This document shows, piece by piece, positions 46,658-55,312 of a stretch of 64,000 nucleotides of DNA. The translations under genes and the position numbers were made by a program. The stretch covers positions 2,687-66,686 of the forward strand of contig DASZRI010000106.1 of the NCBI GenBank assembly GCA_035549215.1. The letters run 5' to 3'. A model generated the notes under the pieces. The model made no database searches. It had not been told where the DNA came from and saw only the letters and a list, made by a program, of their open reading frames with translations. Numbering within the stretch: the first letter of the stretch is position 1; each line of letters begins with the position of its first letter. The DNA comes from Gemmatimonadaceae bacterium. GTDB lineage: Bacteria; Gemmatimonadota; Gemmatimonadetes; Gemmatimonadales; Gemmatimonadaceae.

Positions 46658-47410
46658 ATGCCGGGATTCGGCGCACTGGCTGCACGCTGGTGGATCCCCA
46701 TCCTGTTCATCATCATCGCGGGCCATCTGACGAACGTCAGTGTCACGCTGTTCCTGCATCGCGCGCAGACGCATCGCGGTGTCCGCCTGCATTATCTGGC
46801 GGCGCTGCCCATGCGCATCTGGCTCTGGCTGACCACCGCCATCGTCACCAAGGAGTGGGTCGCCTGCCATCGCAAGCACCATGCGTTCGCGGACCGTGAG
46901 GGCGATCCGCACAGCCCCGTCATCGAGGGCCTGCGGAACATCATCCTCAAGGGTGCCTTCTACTATCGTCGCGCCGTGCGCCAGCCCGGCATGCTCGAGA
47001 AGTACGGCCGCGGCACGCCCAACGACTGGATCGAGCGTCACCTGCTGTCGCCCCTGAACTGGGTCGGCATCCTGATCATGCTCGGCATCGACATCTACCT
47101 GTTCGGGTTCCTGGTCGGGCCGATCGTGTGGGCCGTGCAGATGATGTGGATCCCGTTCTGGGCCGCCGGCATCGTCAACGGCGTCGGACACGCCCTCGGC
47201 TACCGCAACTTCGACGTCAAGGATGAGAGCCGGAATATCACGCCCATTGCCATCTGGCTCGCGGGTGAGGAACTCCACAACAACCACCACGCCGATCCCA
47301 AGTCCGCCAAGTTCAAGGCCAAGTGGTATGAGTTCGACATCGGCTGGATGTACATCCGCATGTTGCAGCTCCTTGGCCTCGCCAAGGTGGACTACGCTCG
47401 CGAGCAGTAG
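46658..47410 (+). CDS. Membrane acyl-CoA/lipid (delta-9-type) fatty acid desaturase
   Basis: The three His boxes HRAQTH, HRKHH and HNNHH, plus TM segments. Confidence 0.85.
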   Translation: MPGFGALAARWWIPILFIIIAGHLTNVSVTLFLHRAQTHRGVRLHYLAALPMRIWLWLTTAIVTKEWVACHRKHHAFADREGDPHSPVIEGLRNIILKGAFYYRRAVRQPGMLEKYGRGTPNDWIERHLLSPLNWVGILIMLGIDIYLFGFLVGPIVWAVQMMWIPFWAAGIVNGVGHALGYRNFDVKDESRNITPIAIWLAGEELHNNHHADPKSAKFKAKWYEFDIGWMYIRMLQLLGLAKVDYAREQ

Positions 47411-47425
47411 GCGGTTGGTCGTCCC

Positions 47426-47704
47426 ATGGCAGAACTCACGTGTGTGCACTGTGGCGAACGGAAGCCCGGTTTCGACCGGGCCCCGTTCCCGGGTCCCATC
47501 GGTGCGCGGATAGTGGCCGAGGTGTGTCAGGACTGTTGGGCGCAGTGGCTGCGACAGCAGACCATGCTCATCAATCACTACGGCCTGAATGTCATGGATC
47601 CGCAGGCGCGCACGTTCCTCACGAAGAACATGCAGGCCTTCCTCTTCAAGACGGGCAGCGGTGAGGACGTGGACACGAGCAAGAAAGGCACGATCGAGTG
47701 GTGA
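47426..47704 (+). CDS. yggX: Fe(2+)-trafficking / oxidative damage protection protein
   Basis: WAQWLRQQTMLINHYGLNVMDPQARTFLTKNMQAFLF is closely parallel to E. coli YggX ([21 protein letters not shown]...). Confidence 0.85.
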   Translation: MAELTCVHCGERKPGFDRAPFPGPIGARIVAEVCQDCWAQWLRQQTMLINHYGLNVMDPQARTFLTKNMQAFLFKTGSGEDVDTSKKGTIEW

Positions 47705-47780
47705 CGCGCTAACCATCGCGCACGACGGTTGACGGTCGTGGCGCACAACGGTATATACCGACGCACGCACAGCACACGAC

Positions 47781-47812
47781 AAGGGCCCCGCAATCGCGGG
47801 GCCCTTGACTTT
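47781..47812 (+). terminator. Rho-independent terminator after yggX
   Basis: An 11 bp stem, AAGGGCCCCGC / GCGGGGCCCTT, with loop AATC, followed by GACTTT. Confidence 0.7.
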
Positions 47813-47831
47813 AGTGCCGATTTGCTACTAA
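47811..47831. promoter_or_regulatory. 21 bp palindromic box immediately upstream of the NrtR-like gene
   Basis: In TTAGTGCCGATTTGCTACTAA, 7 of 10 positions are symmetric. The right half is the exact reverse complement of TTAGTAGCAA at 48599. Confidence 0.45.
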
Positions 47832-47838
47832 TTCGCGC

Positions 47839-48543
47839 GTGATGCGCGACCGATCTACCACAACCGCACGACCCGCCGCGCGCCAGACGACCGTCTCGGT
47901 CGACGTTGTCCTCCTCACTCCGCAGTCCAGTGCCCTCACCGTGCTGCTCGCCAAGTCTGGCGACCCACGCGCGCGTGAGCGGTGGGCATTGCCGTGGGAC
48001 GCAACGCGCGGCGAGGAAGCCCTGGCTGACGCCGCGCTGCGCATCGCGCGGGGCGTGCTCGGCACCGCCCCTGCGGCGCTCGAGCAGATCGCCGCGTTCG
48101 GCGACAGCCGCCGGCATCCTGGCGACGCCGAGCTCTCCGTCGGATATGTTGGCCTCGTCCCGCAGGACGGCCAGCTCCGCGGCACCCAGGACGTGGCCTG
48201 GTTCCCGCTGGCCGAGCTGCCGGCGGTGCAGCCGCGGCATCGCGAGATCATCGAGGCCGCATTCGAGGCCGTGCGGCTGCGCGTGGACCAGTCGCCCCTC
48301 GCCTTCCGGCTTCTCCCGCCGACGTTCACGCTGAGCGAGCTGCAGCAGGTGTACGAGCTGCTGCTCGGGCGTCGCCTGCACAAGGCGAGCTTCCGGCGCG
48401 CATTGCAGGCCGCGTTCCTGGTGGAACCGACCGATGAATGGCGCAGCGAGGGGCGCGGCCGCCCGGCGCAGCTCTTCCGGTATGCCCCGCGCAAGCGCCG
48501 CGATGCGCGGCGCGGCGTCCGTTTCGACCTGCTGGGCGGGTAG
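47839..48543 (+). CDS. Nudix-related transcriptional regulator (NrtR-like: degenerate Nudix domain plus C-terminal winged helix)
   Basis: VSVDVVLLT...LLAKSG...WALPWD..., then a C-terminal LLPPTFTLSELQQVYELLLGRRLHKASFRRAL typical of NrtR. The start is the GTG at 47839 or the ATG at 47842. Confidence 0.75.
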   Translation: MMRDRSTTTARPAARQTTVSVDVVLLTPQSSALTVLLAKSGDPRARERWALPWDATRGEEALADAALRIARGVLGTAPAALEQIAAFGDSRRHPGDAELSVGYVGLVPQDGQLRGTQDVAWFPLAELPAVQPRHREIIEAAFEAVRLRVDQSPLAFRLLPPTFTLSELQQVYELLLGRRLHKASFRRALQAAFLVEPTDEWRSEGRGRPAQLFRYAPRKRRDARRGVRFDLLGG

Positions 48544-48598
48544 GCGACGCGGGATCAGCCGTCGTGCGGCGCGATTTCACCCTTGCAAAACGGGTGAT

Positions 48599-48619
48599 TT
48601 AGTAGCAATGTGTATTTAA
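48599..48619. promoter_or_regulatory. Second copy of the TTAGTAGCAA-containing 21 bp box
   Basis: TTAGTAGCAATGTGTATTTAA keeps the TTA-N15-TAA outer symmetry. It lies in an AT-rich patch 18 nt upstream of the ATG at 48637. Confidence 0.35.
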
Positions 48620-48636
48620 CGACAAAACCTGCCTCC

Positions 48637-48900
48637 ATGCTCGCCTTCCTGGATGCCCTGTGCGCCGCGCTCGTGCGCCGCGACCGCGACGAGATCCGTC
48701 GGTTGCTGCGGCATCCGCTTGCCCACGCGTTGCCGCGCCCCGTCCGCGAGGAGGGCACGCGCATTGCGCGCCAGGGACCGGCGGGACACTTGGCGCCCGT
48801 GCAGTCGCTGCGGTTCTACCACCAGACCATGCAGCTCCTCGCGACGCCCACCCACGGGGCGGCGCCGGCACCAACCAGCGCGCCGACGCAGCCCAGGTAG
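48637..48900 (+). CDS. Hypothetical protein
   Basis: MLAFLDALCAALVRRDRDEIRRLLRHPLAHALPRPVREEG... is followed by a strong hairpin at 48919. I recognise no family. The track ORF starts at the GTG at 48610. Confidence 0.35.
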   Translation: MLAFLDALCAALVRRDRDEIRRLLRHPLAHALPRPVREEGTRIARQGPAGHLAPVQSLRFYHQTMQLLATPTHGAAPAPTSAPTQPR

Positions 48901-48918
48901 CACGCCACTGGAACGCAA

Positions 48919-48952
48919 GACGACTGCCAGCCGAAATCGGCCAGCAGTCGTC
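48919..48952 (+). terminator. Long hairpin (candidate terminator)
   Basis: GACGACTGC...GCAGTCGTC forms 9 bp, plus an inner CCG/CGG-type 4 bp stem. It is followed by CGGTATCCTTCT. Confidence 0.45.
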
Positions 48953-49070
48953 CGGTATCCTTCTGTGGCGCAGTTGCAGCAGGCACTGGCGCTCGACGGA
49001 CGGGAACCTTAGGTGAGCCCCGCGGTCCTGCGCAGTTGTCGCTGTCTCGCTGTTGCCGATTCCCGCCGTT

Positions 49071-49101
49071 TCGGTCCTGCGCCGCGGTCGGTCCTGCGCC
49101 G
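49071..49101. repeat. Direct repeat, 2 x TCGGTCCTGCGCCG (period 17), with a third partial copy at 49023-49033
   Basis: Read directly from the sequence; it lies just 3' of the csp gene. Confidence 0.6.
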
Positions 49102-49118
49102 TCCCTGTGGTCCGTCGT

Positions 49119-49325
49119 TCAGACTTTCGTGACGTCGGCCGCCTGCGGGCCCTTCTGCCCCTGCACGATCTCGAACTCGACCTTGTCTCCCTCAGCCAGC
49201 GTCTTGAATCCAGTGCCCTGGATGGCGCTGTAGTGCACGAATACGTCCGGCCCCCCCTCACGAGAAATGAAGCCAAACCCCTTCGCGTCGTTGAACCACT
49301 TCACGGTGCCGGTGATGCGAGCCAT
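49119..49325 (-). CDS. cspA: Cold-shock protein (CspA family)
   Basis: [35 protein letters not shown] contains the RNP1 (KGFGFI) and RNP2 (VFVHY) motifs. Confidence 0.95.
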   Translation of the reverse strand: MARITGTVKWFNDAKGFGFISREGGPDVFVHYSAIQGTGFKTLAEGDKVEFEIVQGQKGPQAADVTKV

Positions 49326-49385
49326 GGAACCTTGCTCCGAAAAGGAAGTGCTGTTGCGGCCGTACCATCTGACCAGCAGCAGGAA

Positions 49386-49607
49386 CTATGCCGCGCCTGC
49401 CGCCGGTCCCGCCACGTAGCGCGCCACGCGTCCGCATTCGCGGCAGCGCAGGGTGACCTGGGTGCGGGGCGGGGCTGGATGCACGCCAGGGGTTCGTTCG
49501 ATCTTGCCCGCGCACGACGGGCAACTCAGGGGCTCCCCGCTCCGGTCGCTGGCGATCAGGTGCAGGGCTTGGGCCGGATTGAAGGTCGCCGGTCTCGGCT
49601 TGCGCAT
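49386..49607 (-). CDS. Small zinc-ribbon protein (hypothetical)
   Basis: MRKPRPATF...CPSCAGKIE...CRECGRVARY has two CxxC pairs. It was trimmed from ORF 49386..49736. Confidence 0.4.
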   Translation of the reverse strand: MRKPRPATFNPAQALHLIASDRSGEPLSCPSCAGKIERTPGVHPAPPRTQVTLRCRECGRVARYVAGPAAGAA

Positions 49608-49909
49608 GGATCCTCCGATGGCGCTGCAGGGATCGTTCGCGTGCGCTGCCGCTCCACGATCCCGATTCATGAGGGGAGCATCTCGCGGGACCTGGAATGC
49701 GAGGCGCCCATGGAGCCGGACCACGGCGGCAGGCACATCGCCTCACGGTGCGCAACCGGACGTGTGTCGGATCCCTTGGGCATACGCATCTGCATCGGTA
49801 ACCGCTGATCGCGTCCGCTGCGCCATTTGTGCTTTCTTAACGACGCGCGCCGCCAAGAGGTGTACCTCCGGCGGCGCCAATTAGTTCCCGTTCCCTGCGC
49901 GATCGCGCG

Positions 49910-50890
49910 CTATTCCCACCCGTGCGGGCGGCGCCAGACTCGTCGTCCCACGCGCCACGGCCGACGGTCCGAGAATTCGCCACCTCCCGAAAACTCCGCG
50001 TCGTCGCCGATCGATTCCACCATGTCGTTCGCCTTTGCGGAAGCTTCATCCGCCCAGTGCACGATCTCCGCCTCTGCTGTCATCGGTTGCACCGGGCTGC
50101 CGAACTCCAGCGCGCCGTGGTGCGACAGCAGCATGTGCTGCAGCTCGAGCAGTTGCCCTTCGCTGCAGGGCGGCGTGGCCTGCGCGCGTACCCGCTCGGT
50201 GAGCATCAGGCACCCCAGCACCACGTGGCCCAGCAGGTTGCCGCTCGAGGTGTACGCGAACCCCCCCTTGTCGATCGTGTACGCCTCGACCTTGCCGATG
50301 TCATGCAGCAGCGCGCCGGCCACCACGAGGTCCGTGTTCACCTGCATCACGCGCCCCGCCGACTTCGCGATCGCCGTGACCTCGACGATGTGCTTGAGCA
50401 GTCCCCCCACCTTCGCGTGATGGCCCGACACCGATCCCGGCGTGCGCTCGAAGCGCATGCGGAACACGTCGTCGCGGAAGAACAGGTCGAGCACGCGCGC
50501 GACCGGCGCCGAGCTGATGTCGCCCCGCGTGCGATCGATCCAGTCCCAGAGCTTTTCCGGATCCTCGGCAATGCGCTCGACAAAGTCGTCGGCGTTCACC
50601 TGGTCGTCCGGGATCACCCGCAGCGGGCTCGTGAGCTGGATCTGGCGCTTGCCGCGGTACACGCCGACGTCGCCGATCACCTGCACCACGCGCCCGCGCT
50701 CCGCCCCCTCGATCCAGTGCAGCTTGTCCGCCCACACCGGCGCGGACTCCAGGCGGCCGGTGGCGTTCCCGAGCGTCAGCACGACGAACGGGTCGCCCGA
50801 CGCCTGCTTCCGCTCCGTGCGCGCCAGCACGAGCAGCTCGTGCTGCACGCGGGCGCCCGGCTCGAGTCGCGTGAGGTCCAGTGGCGGCAT
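49910..50890 (-). CDS. OB-fold plus HD-domain 3'-5' exoribonuclease (YhaM-like)
   Basis: An N-terminal OB fold (FVVLTLGNATGRLESAPVW..., VGVYRGKRQIQL), then an HD domain (HHAKVGGLLKHIVEV, ALLHDIGK, LLSHHG). Confidence 0.8.
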   Translation of the reverse strand: MPPLDLTRLEPGARVQHELLVLARTERKQASGDPFVVLTLGNATGRLESAPVWADKLHWIEGAERGRVVQVIGDVGVYRGKRQIQLTSPLRVIPDDQVNADDFVERIAEDPEKLWDWIDRTRGDISSAPVARVLDLFFRDDVFRMRFERTPGSVSGHHAKVGGLLKHIVEVTAIAKSAGRVMQVNTDLVVAGALLHDIGKVEAYTIDKGGFAYTSSGNLLGHVVLGCLMLTERVRAQATPPCSEGQLLELQHMLLSHHGALEFGSPVQPMTAEAEIVHWADEASAKANDMVESIGDDAEFSGGGEFSDRRPWRVGRRVWRRPHGWE

Positions 50891-50932
50891 GTCGCCCCCT
50901 ATTCCATGGCGCGCCGCTGGCGCGCGCCCATG

Positions 50933-51154
50933 CTACGTGACATAGACGATCTCGCCGTCCGCATCGATGCCCAGCTCGTGCACCGCACCGCAGATGCCGC
51001 ACGTCTTGGACGCCAGCCACTCCACGCCCATGGACGTCCGCGCCTCGGCGTCAGCCGGCTTGACCGCCAGCTTCTTGTAGTTGTACTCGCCGCACACCTC
51101 ACAGGCGTGCGCACGCGCGATGCGCTCGGCGCGCTCCCGGGTGATCTTCGCCAC
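50933..51154 (-). CDS. Small zinc-ribbon protein (hypothetical)
   Basis: CEVCGEYNY...CGICGAVHE. Its start abuts the SPFH gene's stop (51155), so the two genes are contiguous with no intergenic gap. Confidence 0.5.
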   Translation of the reverse strand: MAKITRERAERIARAHACEVCGEYNYKKLAVKPADAEARTSMGVEWLASKTCGICGAVHELGIDADGEIVYVT

Positions 51155-52141
51155 TCACTTCTCCGGCGCCGCCGGCGCCTTCTGCAGGAGCTGCTGCACC
51201 GACGCCACCGCGCTGAGCACACCGCTCGCTTCCGCCGGCAGGAACAGCGTCGTTCCCTTGCCCTCGGCCAGCCGCGGCAGCGCCTCCAGGTACTTGAGCC
51301 CCAGCAGGTACGTCGCCGCCTGCCCATCGGGGAGCGCGGTGGCAATGCGCCGGATCGCCTCTGCTTCCGCCTCCGCCATGGCCAGGCGCGCCTCGGCCAG
51401 GCCCTGTGCGCGGAGCACCGCAGCCGCTTTCTCGCCTTCCGCCTTCTGCGTCTGCGACTCGCGCGAGCCCTCCGCCTCCAGGATCTGCGCGCGCTTGCTC
51501 GCCTCGGCGTTCGTCACGGCGGCGCGGCGCTCGCGTTCGGCACGCATCTGCAGCTCCATGGACTGCTGGATGTCGCGCGGCGGCTCGATGGCCTGCAGTT
51601 CCACGCGCGTGACATCCACGCCCCAGCCGATCGATGCCTCCTCGATCACCTCGCGCATGCGCTTGTTGATCTGGTCGCGGCTCGCCAGCGTCTGGTCCAG
51701 CTCCATCTCGCCCACGATGTTGCGCAGCGTCGTGCGCGTCAGCGTCTCGAGCGCGTACGGCAGGTTCTGCACGGCGTACGTCGCCTTCTGCGGGTCGGCA
51801 ATGCGATAGTACAGCACCGCATCGATGTCGATGGTCACGTTGTCCTTCGTGATCACCGGCTGGCTGGGGAAGTTCAGCACCTGCTCGCGCAGGTCGATGC
51901 GCGGCGTGGACCGCGATGCGATGCGCTTCTGCCCGCTGACGTCAGACTCGAGGTAGCGCACGTCGATCGCGCGTGGACGCTCGATGAACGGGATCAGGAT
52001 GTTGAACCCGGACCGCGCCAGCCGGTGGAAGCGGCCCAGGCGCTCGACCACCATGACCTCGGCCTGCCCGACGATCTTGAAGGATTTCGCCGCGATCATG
52101 ACCAGCACAACGGCCACGATGAGGAAGATCGGTCCCAGCAT
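51155..52141 (-). CDS. SPFH/band 7 (stomatin-like) membrane protein
   Basis: An N-terminal TM helix, then IVGQAEVMVVERLGRFHRLARSGFNILIPFIE...ITKDNVTIDIDAVLYYRI, then an Ala/Glu-rich coiled coil. Confidence 0.9.
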   Translation of the reverse strand: MLGPIFLIVAVVLVMIAAKSFKIVGQAEVMVVERLGRFHRLARSGFNILIPFIERPRAIDVRYLESDVSGQKRIASRSTPRIDLREQVLNFPSQPVITKDNVTIDIDAVLYYRIADPQKATYAVQNLPYALETLTRTTLRNIVGEMELDQTLASRDQINKRMREVIEEASIGWGVDVTRVELQAIEPPRDIQQSMELQMRAERERRAAVTNAEASKRAQILEAEGSRESQTQKAEGEKAAAVLRAQGLAEARLAMAEAEAEAIRRIATALPDGQAATYLLGLKYLEALPRLAEGKGTTLFLPAEASGVLSAVASVQQLLQKAPAAPEK

Positions 52142-52184
52142 CAGGTCTCCAGAGGGGGGGCGTTCCCCGGAACGTACGTCGCCT

Positions 52185-53081
52185 TCAGGACCTGAGCAAC
52201 GACGATGCGCCGTGCGTGTCCAGCCAGTCGGCCACCGCGGCGAACACGCGGTCGCGCCCGTAATCCACGGTGATCACGTGCCCACCATCGGAAATCCACT
52301 CCAGGCGCTTGTCGGCCGGCCCCAGCGCCGCGAACGCCTGCTCGGCCACGCGCTCCGCCACCCGGTTGTCCTGCCGGGACTGGATGATGAGCGTCGGCGC
52401 CACGATCCGCGGCAGCACGGCCCGCGCGCCGTCGGCGACCTCGCGGAGCGTGCGCAGTCCCGCCGGCGTGAACACGCCGTAGGCCCGGCTCTCCGTCGCC
52501 GCGCGCGGGTCGCGCACCGAGCGGGAATCTTCCGCCGAGAAGTAGGGCAGCAGCGGCCCCAGCAGCCACCCCAGGTGCGATACGATGCGAATGGGCAGCG
52601 GAAGGTCCAGGTATGGCGCGAGCAGGACGAGCGCCGGCACGTCGCGCTCACTTGCCGTCTCGATGGCCGAGAGCGCCCCGCCCATCGAGAGGCCGACGAT
52701 CGCCACCCAGCGATGTTCGGCACGCAGCGCCTCATGCGCGCGATGCACCGCGTCACGCAAGGCCCTCGACGAAACATGCCGGAACTCGCGGATGGATGTC
52801 CCGTGCGCGGGGAGGCGGGGTGCGGCAACCGCGAACCCGCGCGCGTGCAGGTACGCGCCCAGTCCGCGCAGCGTCTGCGGCGTATCGCCGGCCCCGTGCA
52901 CGAGCAGCACGGCGGGAGCGCCGGGGCGCGGAAGCGCGAATCCCTCCGCGCCCGCAAGTTCGCCGTCCGCATTGCGCGGCCGGTCACGATCCGCTCCCTC
53001 GACGTGGCGCACGTACCACGTGCGCCACGCGAGGAGTCCAGCCGCCACCAGGCCAGCGCCGAGCAGCAGCGGAACGGGCAC
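52185..53081 (-). CDS. Alpha/beta hydrolase (lysophospholipase/esterase-like), membrane-anchored
   Basis: VLLVHGAGDTP, the nucleophile elbow GLSMGG, and a C-terminal DGGHVIT. Confidence 0.8.
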   Translation of the reverse strand: MPVPLLLGAGLVAAGLLAWRTWYVRHVEGADRDRPRNADGELAGAEGFALPRPGAPAVLLVHGAGDTPQTLRGLGAYLHARGFAVAAPRLPAHGTSIREFRHVSSRALRDAVHRAHEALRAEHRWVAIVGLSMGGALSAIETASERDVPALVLLAPYLDLPLPIRIVSHLGWLLGPLLPYFSAEDSRSVRDPRAATESRAYGVFTPAGLRTLREVADGARAVLPRIVAPTLIIQSRQDNRVAERVAEQAFAALGPADKRLEWISDGGHVITVDYGRDRVFAAVADWLDTHGASSLLRS

Positions 53082-53089
53082 GATGGCGG

Positions 53090-55237
53090 TCAGCGCCCCG
53101 TCGCCGCGCGGCGGGCGTCGCCGAGCGCGGCCGTCGCCGCGTCAATGTGCGCCGAGAGGTCGGCCAGCTCGCGCGCCGTGCGCGCCTCGTCCTTGTCGCG
53201 GATCGCCTCATTCACGGACGGGAACACCATGTTGGCGTAGCCGTTGTCACGGTCGGCCACATACAGCAGGTTGCGGAACCACTCGCGCCCCTGCAGGCCG
53301 TTCGGGCGCGTGAAGGAACGCTCGACGCGCATCAGCGCCGCGTTCGTCTGGACGAGCACGTCGTGCGCCGGCGACGCCGCGAGCACGGAATCGCGCGTCG
53401 CGTTGAACGCGGTCGCTGCCGCCTCGAGCCGGTCGATCGCCTGCGCCACCTGCGCCGTGGACGTATTCCAGTGACGGGCCTGCATCTCCTTGTCCATCGC
53501 CGGCAGGTACGTCTTCATCGTCTGCGCCAGCTCGACGTAGTCGTACGGCAGGATGTCCGCATTCGCGATGCGCAGCACCATTGCGGCGCCGATGCTCCCC
53601 GCCGCCGCATGGTACTTGAACCCCGGATCGCCGAACTTCGACATCCAGTTGAAGTCGTCATACTGCGAGTGGTACACGCCGCCCGGGCCGCCAAAGCTCC
53701 ACTCCGCGATCGGCACGCCCAGGTGATTGTAGAAGCCGGCAAAGTCGGAGCCGCCGCCCGGATCTCCCATTGCGGGCTCGGCGCCCGCCGGGGTCCGCGT
53801 CGCCAGGCGCCACTGGTCGTAGACGCTTCCCTTGCCGTTCGGATCGGGCACTTCGCGCGCCACGTCGCGCAGCGTCGGGCGGAGCGACGGCGCGCCGCCC
53901 CCGCCGAATCGCACGCCCTGTGCGGCGACATCCTGGTTGAAGTAGGCCGCGCCGCCCTTCAGCAGGCGCAGCGAGTCGTCCTCGACGTACTCCGTCGACC
54001 CGATCAGCCCCCACTCCTCGGCGTCCCACGTCGCGAACACGATCGTGCGGCGCGGCCGCTTCCCTTCCTTGAGCTGCTCGGCCACCGCGCGCGCCGCCTC
54101 CAGCACGCTCACCGTGCCGCTGACGTTGTCCGCGGTACCCGGCGTCCATGCATCGCGATGCCCGCCGATGATCACGAACTCGTCCGGGAACTCCGTGCCC
54201 CGGACAATCCCGAACGTGTCGAAGATCTTCTTGAATCCGTTCCTCGCGCGGTCATCCTGGACGGCAAGGCGCGCGCGCACCGGCCCGGGGCCGACATGGT
54301 ACCGGAACGGAAGCCCGCCCTGCCACGCCTGCGGGATCTCGGCGCCGCGCAGGTCGCGCAGCAGCTCGCTCGCATTGCCGTACCCGATCGGGACGACGGG
54401 AATGTGCGGTACGTCCATCTGGTCGGCCGGGATGCGCTTTGCACCCGGGGTGCTGGGGTAGCCCGGGGTGGACGGATCGCCATCCACGTTCATGACGCTC
54501 CCACGCTGCACGCCGCCGGGCGGGCGCATCGGGCCATCGGGATAGACATCGCCACGCACGTAGCCATCATCCTGCGGATCGCTGTAGATGAGCAGGGCAA
54601 TTGCGCCGTGCTTCTCCGCCTCGCGCGCCTTGATGCCGCGGAAGCTGCGGCCGTAGCGCGCAACCACGATCTTTCCCTTCACGGACACGCCCATCGAGTC
54701 GAGCTCGGCGTAGTCCTCGATCAATCCATAGTTGACGTAGACCACGTCTCCGGTCACGTCCCCCACCCCGCTGTAGCCGTTCACGGTCGGGTACTGCGGC
54801 AGCGCCGACGCTGGATCGCCCTTCACGGGCGGCTCGGCCAGCGGCAGCTCCTTTGCGCCCCTGTCCACGCGCCAGAGGTGCACCGAGGTCGGGATCGGCA
54901 TCCACACGTCATAGGTGCGGACGTCGGTGTCCAGGCCCCACTGCTTCATCAGGGACACGACGTAGTCACGCGTGCGCGCCTGCGCCGGCGTGCCGGAGAC
55001 GTGCGTCTCCTTGCTCAGCGCGCGGGACCATGCCTCCGCGCTTGCCGGAGTCGTACGCGCAATGGCATCGGCTTCCAGCGCGCGCTCCCGCTGCGCGCCG
55101 GTGCTGGTGTAACCGGGGAGCTGCTGGGCCGCGGCAGCAGAGGCCAGCGCCACGGACAGGCAGAGGGAAAGTCGAAGGGACACGGGCAATCTCGTCAGGA
55201 TGGGGACGACTCGAATTAATCGCTGGATCCGCCCCAT
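53090..55237 (-). CDS. M28 family peptidase, glutamate carboxypeptidase II / transferrin-receptor-like
   Basis: Signal sequence, PA domain (GKIVVARYG), M28 core (IIGGHRDAW..., WDAEEWGLIGSTEY, GGGSDFAGF) and a C-terminal TFR-dimer-like helical domain. Confidence 0.85.
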   Translation of the reverse strand: MGRIQRLIRVVPILTRLPVSLRLSLCLSVALASAAAAQQLPGYTSTGAQRERALEADAIARTTPASAEAWSRALSKETHVSGTPAQARTRDYVVSLMKQWGLDTDVRTYDVWMPIPTSVHLWRVDRGAKELPLAEPPVKGDPASALPQYPTVNGYSGVGDVTGDVVYVNYGLIEDYAELDSMGVSVKGKIVVARYGRSFRGIKAREAEKHGAIALLIYSDPQDDGYVRGDVYPDGPMRPPGGVQRGSVMNVDGDPSTPGYPSTPGAKRIPADQMDVPHIPVVPIGYGNASELLRDLRGAEIPQAWQGGLPFRYHVGPGPVRARLAVQDDRARNGFKKIFDTFGIVRGTEFPDEFVIIGGHRDAWTPGTADNVSGTVSVLEAARAVAEQLKEGKRPRRTIVFATWDAEEWGLIGSTEYVEDDSLRLLKGGAAYFNQDVAAQGVRFGGGGAPSLRPTLRDVAREVPDPNGKGSVYDQWRLATRTPAGAEPAMGDPGGGSDFAGFYNHLGVPIAEWSFGGPGGVYHSQYDDFNWMSKFGDPGFKYHAAAGSIGAAMVLRIANADILPYDYVELAQTMKTYLPAMDKEMQARHWNTSTAQVAQAIDRLEAAATAFNATRDSVLAASPAHDVLVQTNAALMRVERSFTRPNGLQGREWFRNLLYVADRDNGYANMVFPSVNEAIRDKDEARTARELADLSAHIDAATAALGDARRAATGR

Positions 55238-55312
55238 GCAATGCCCGCACGCGCGCCGGCCCGGCACCGGTCGGCGTCGTCGGTGAATTGCCCGGCACGC
55301 GCGGGCCCGGCG

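Noticed and set aside
49847-49877. A GC-rich hairpin (GCGCCGCC...GGCGGCGC with an inner GAGGT/ACCTC stem) downstream of the YhaM-like gene, considered as a terminator
   Set aside because: No U-tract follows on the minus strand, where the upstream gene lies. It may be a Rho-dependent or structural element, but I cannot support a terminator call.
49922-55219. Very long plus-strand ORFs (49922..52195 at 757 aa; 52613..55219 at 868 aa), antisense to the YhaM-like, SPFH, hydrolase and M28 genes
   Set aside because: The same GC artefact applies. The translations are runs of R/H/A/L/V/D without domain logic, whereas the minus-strand genes are all recognisable.
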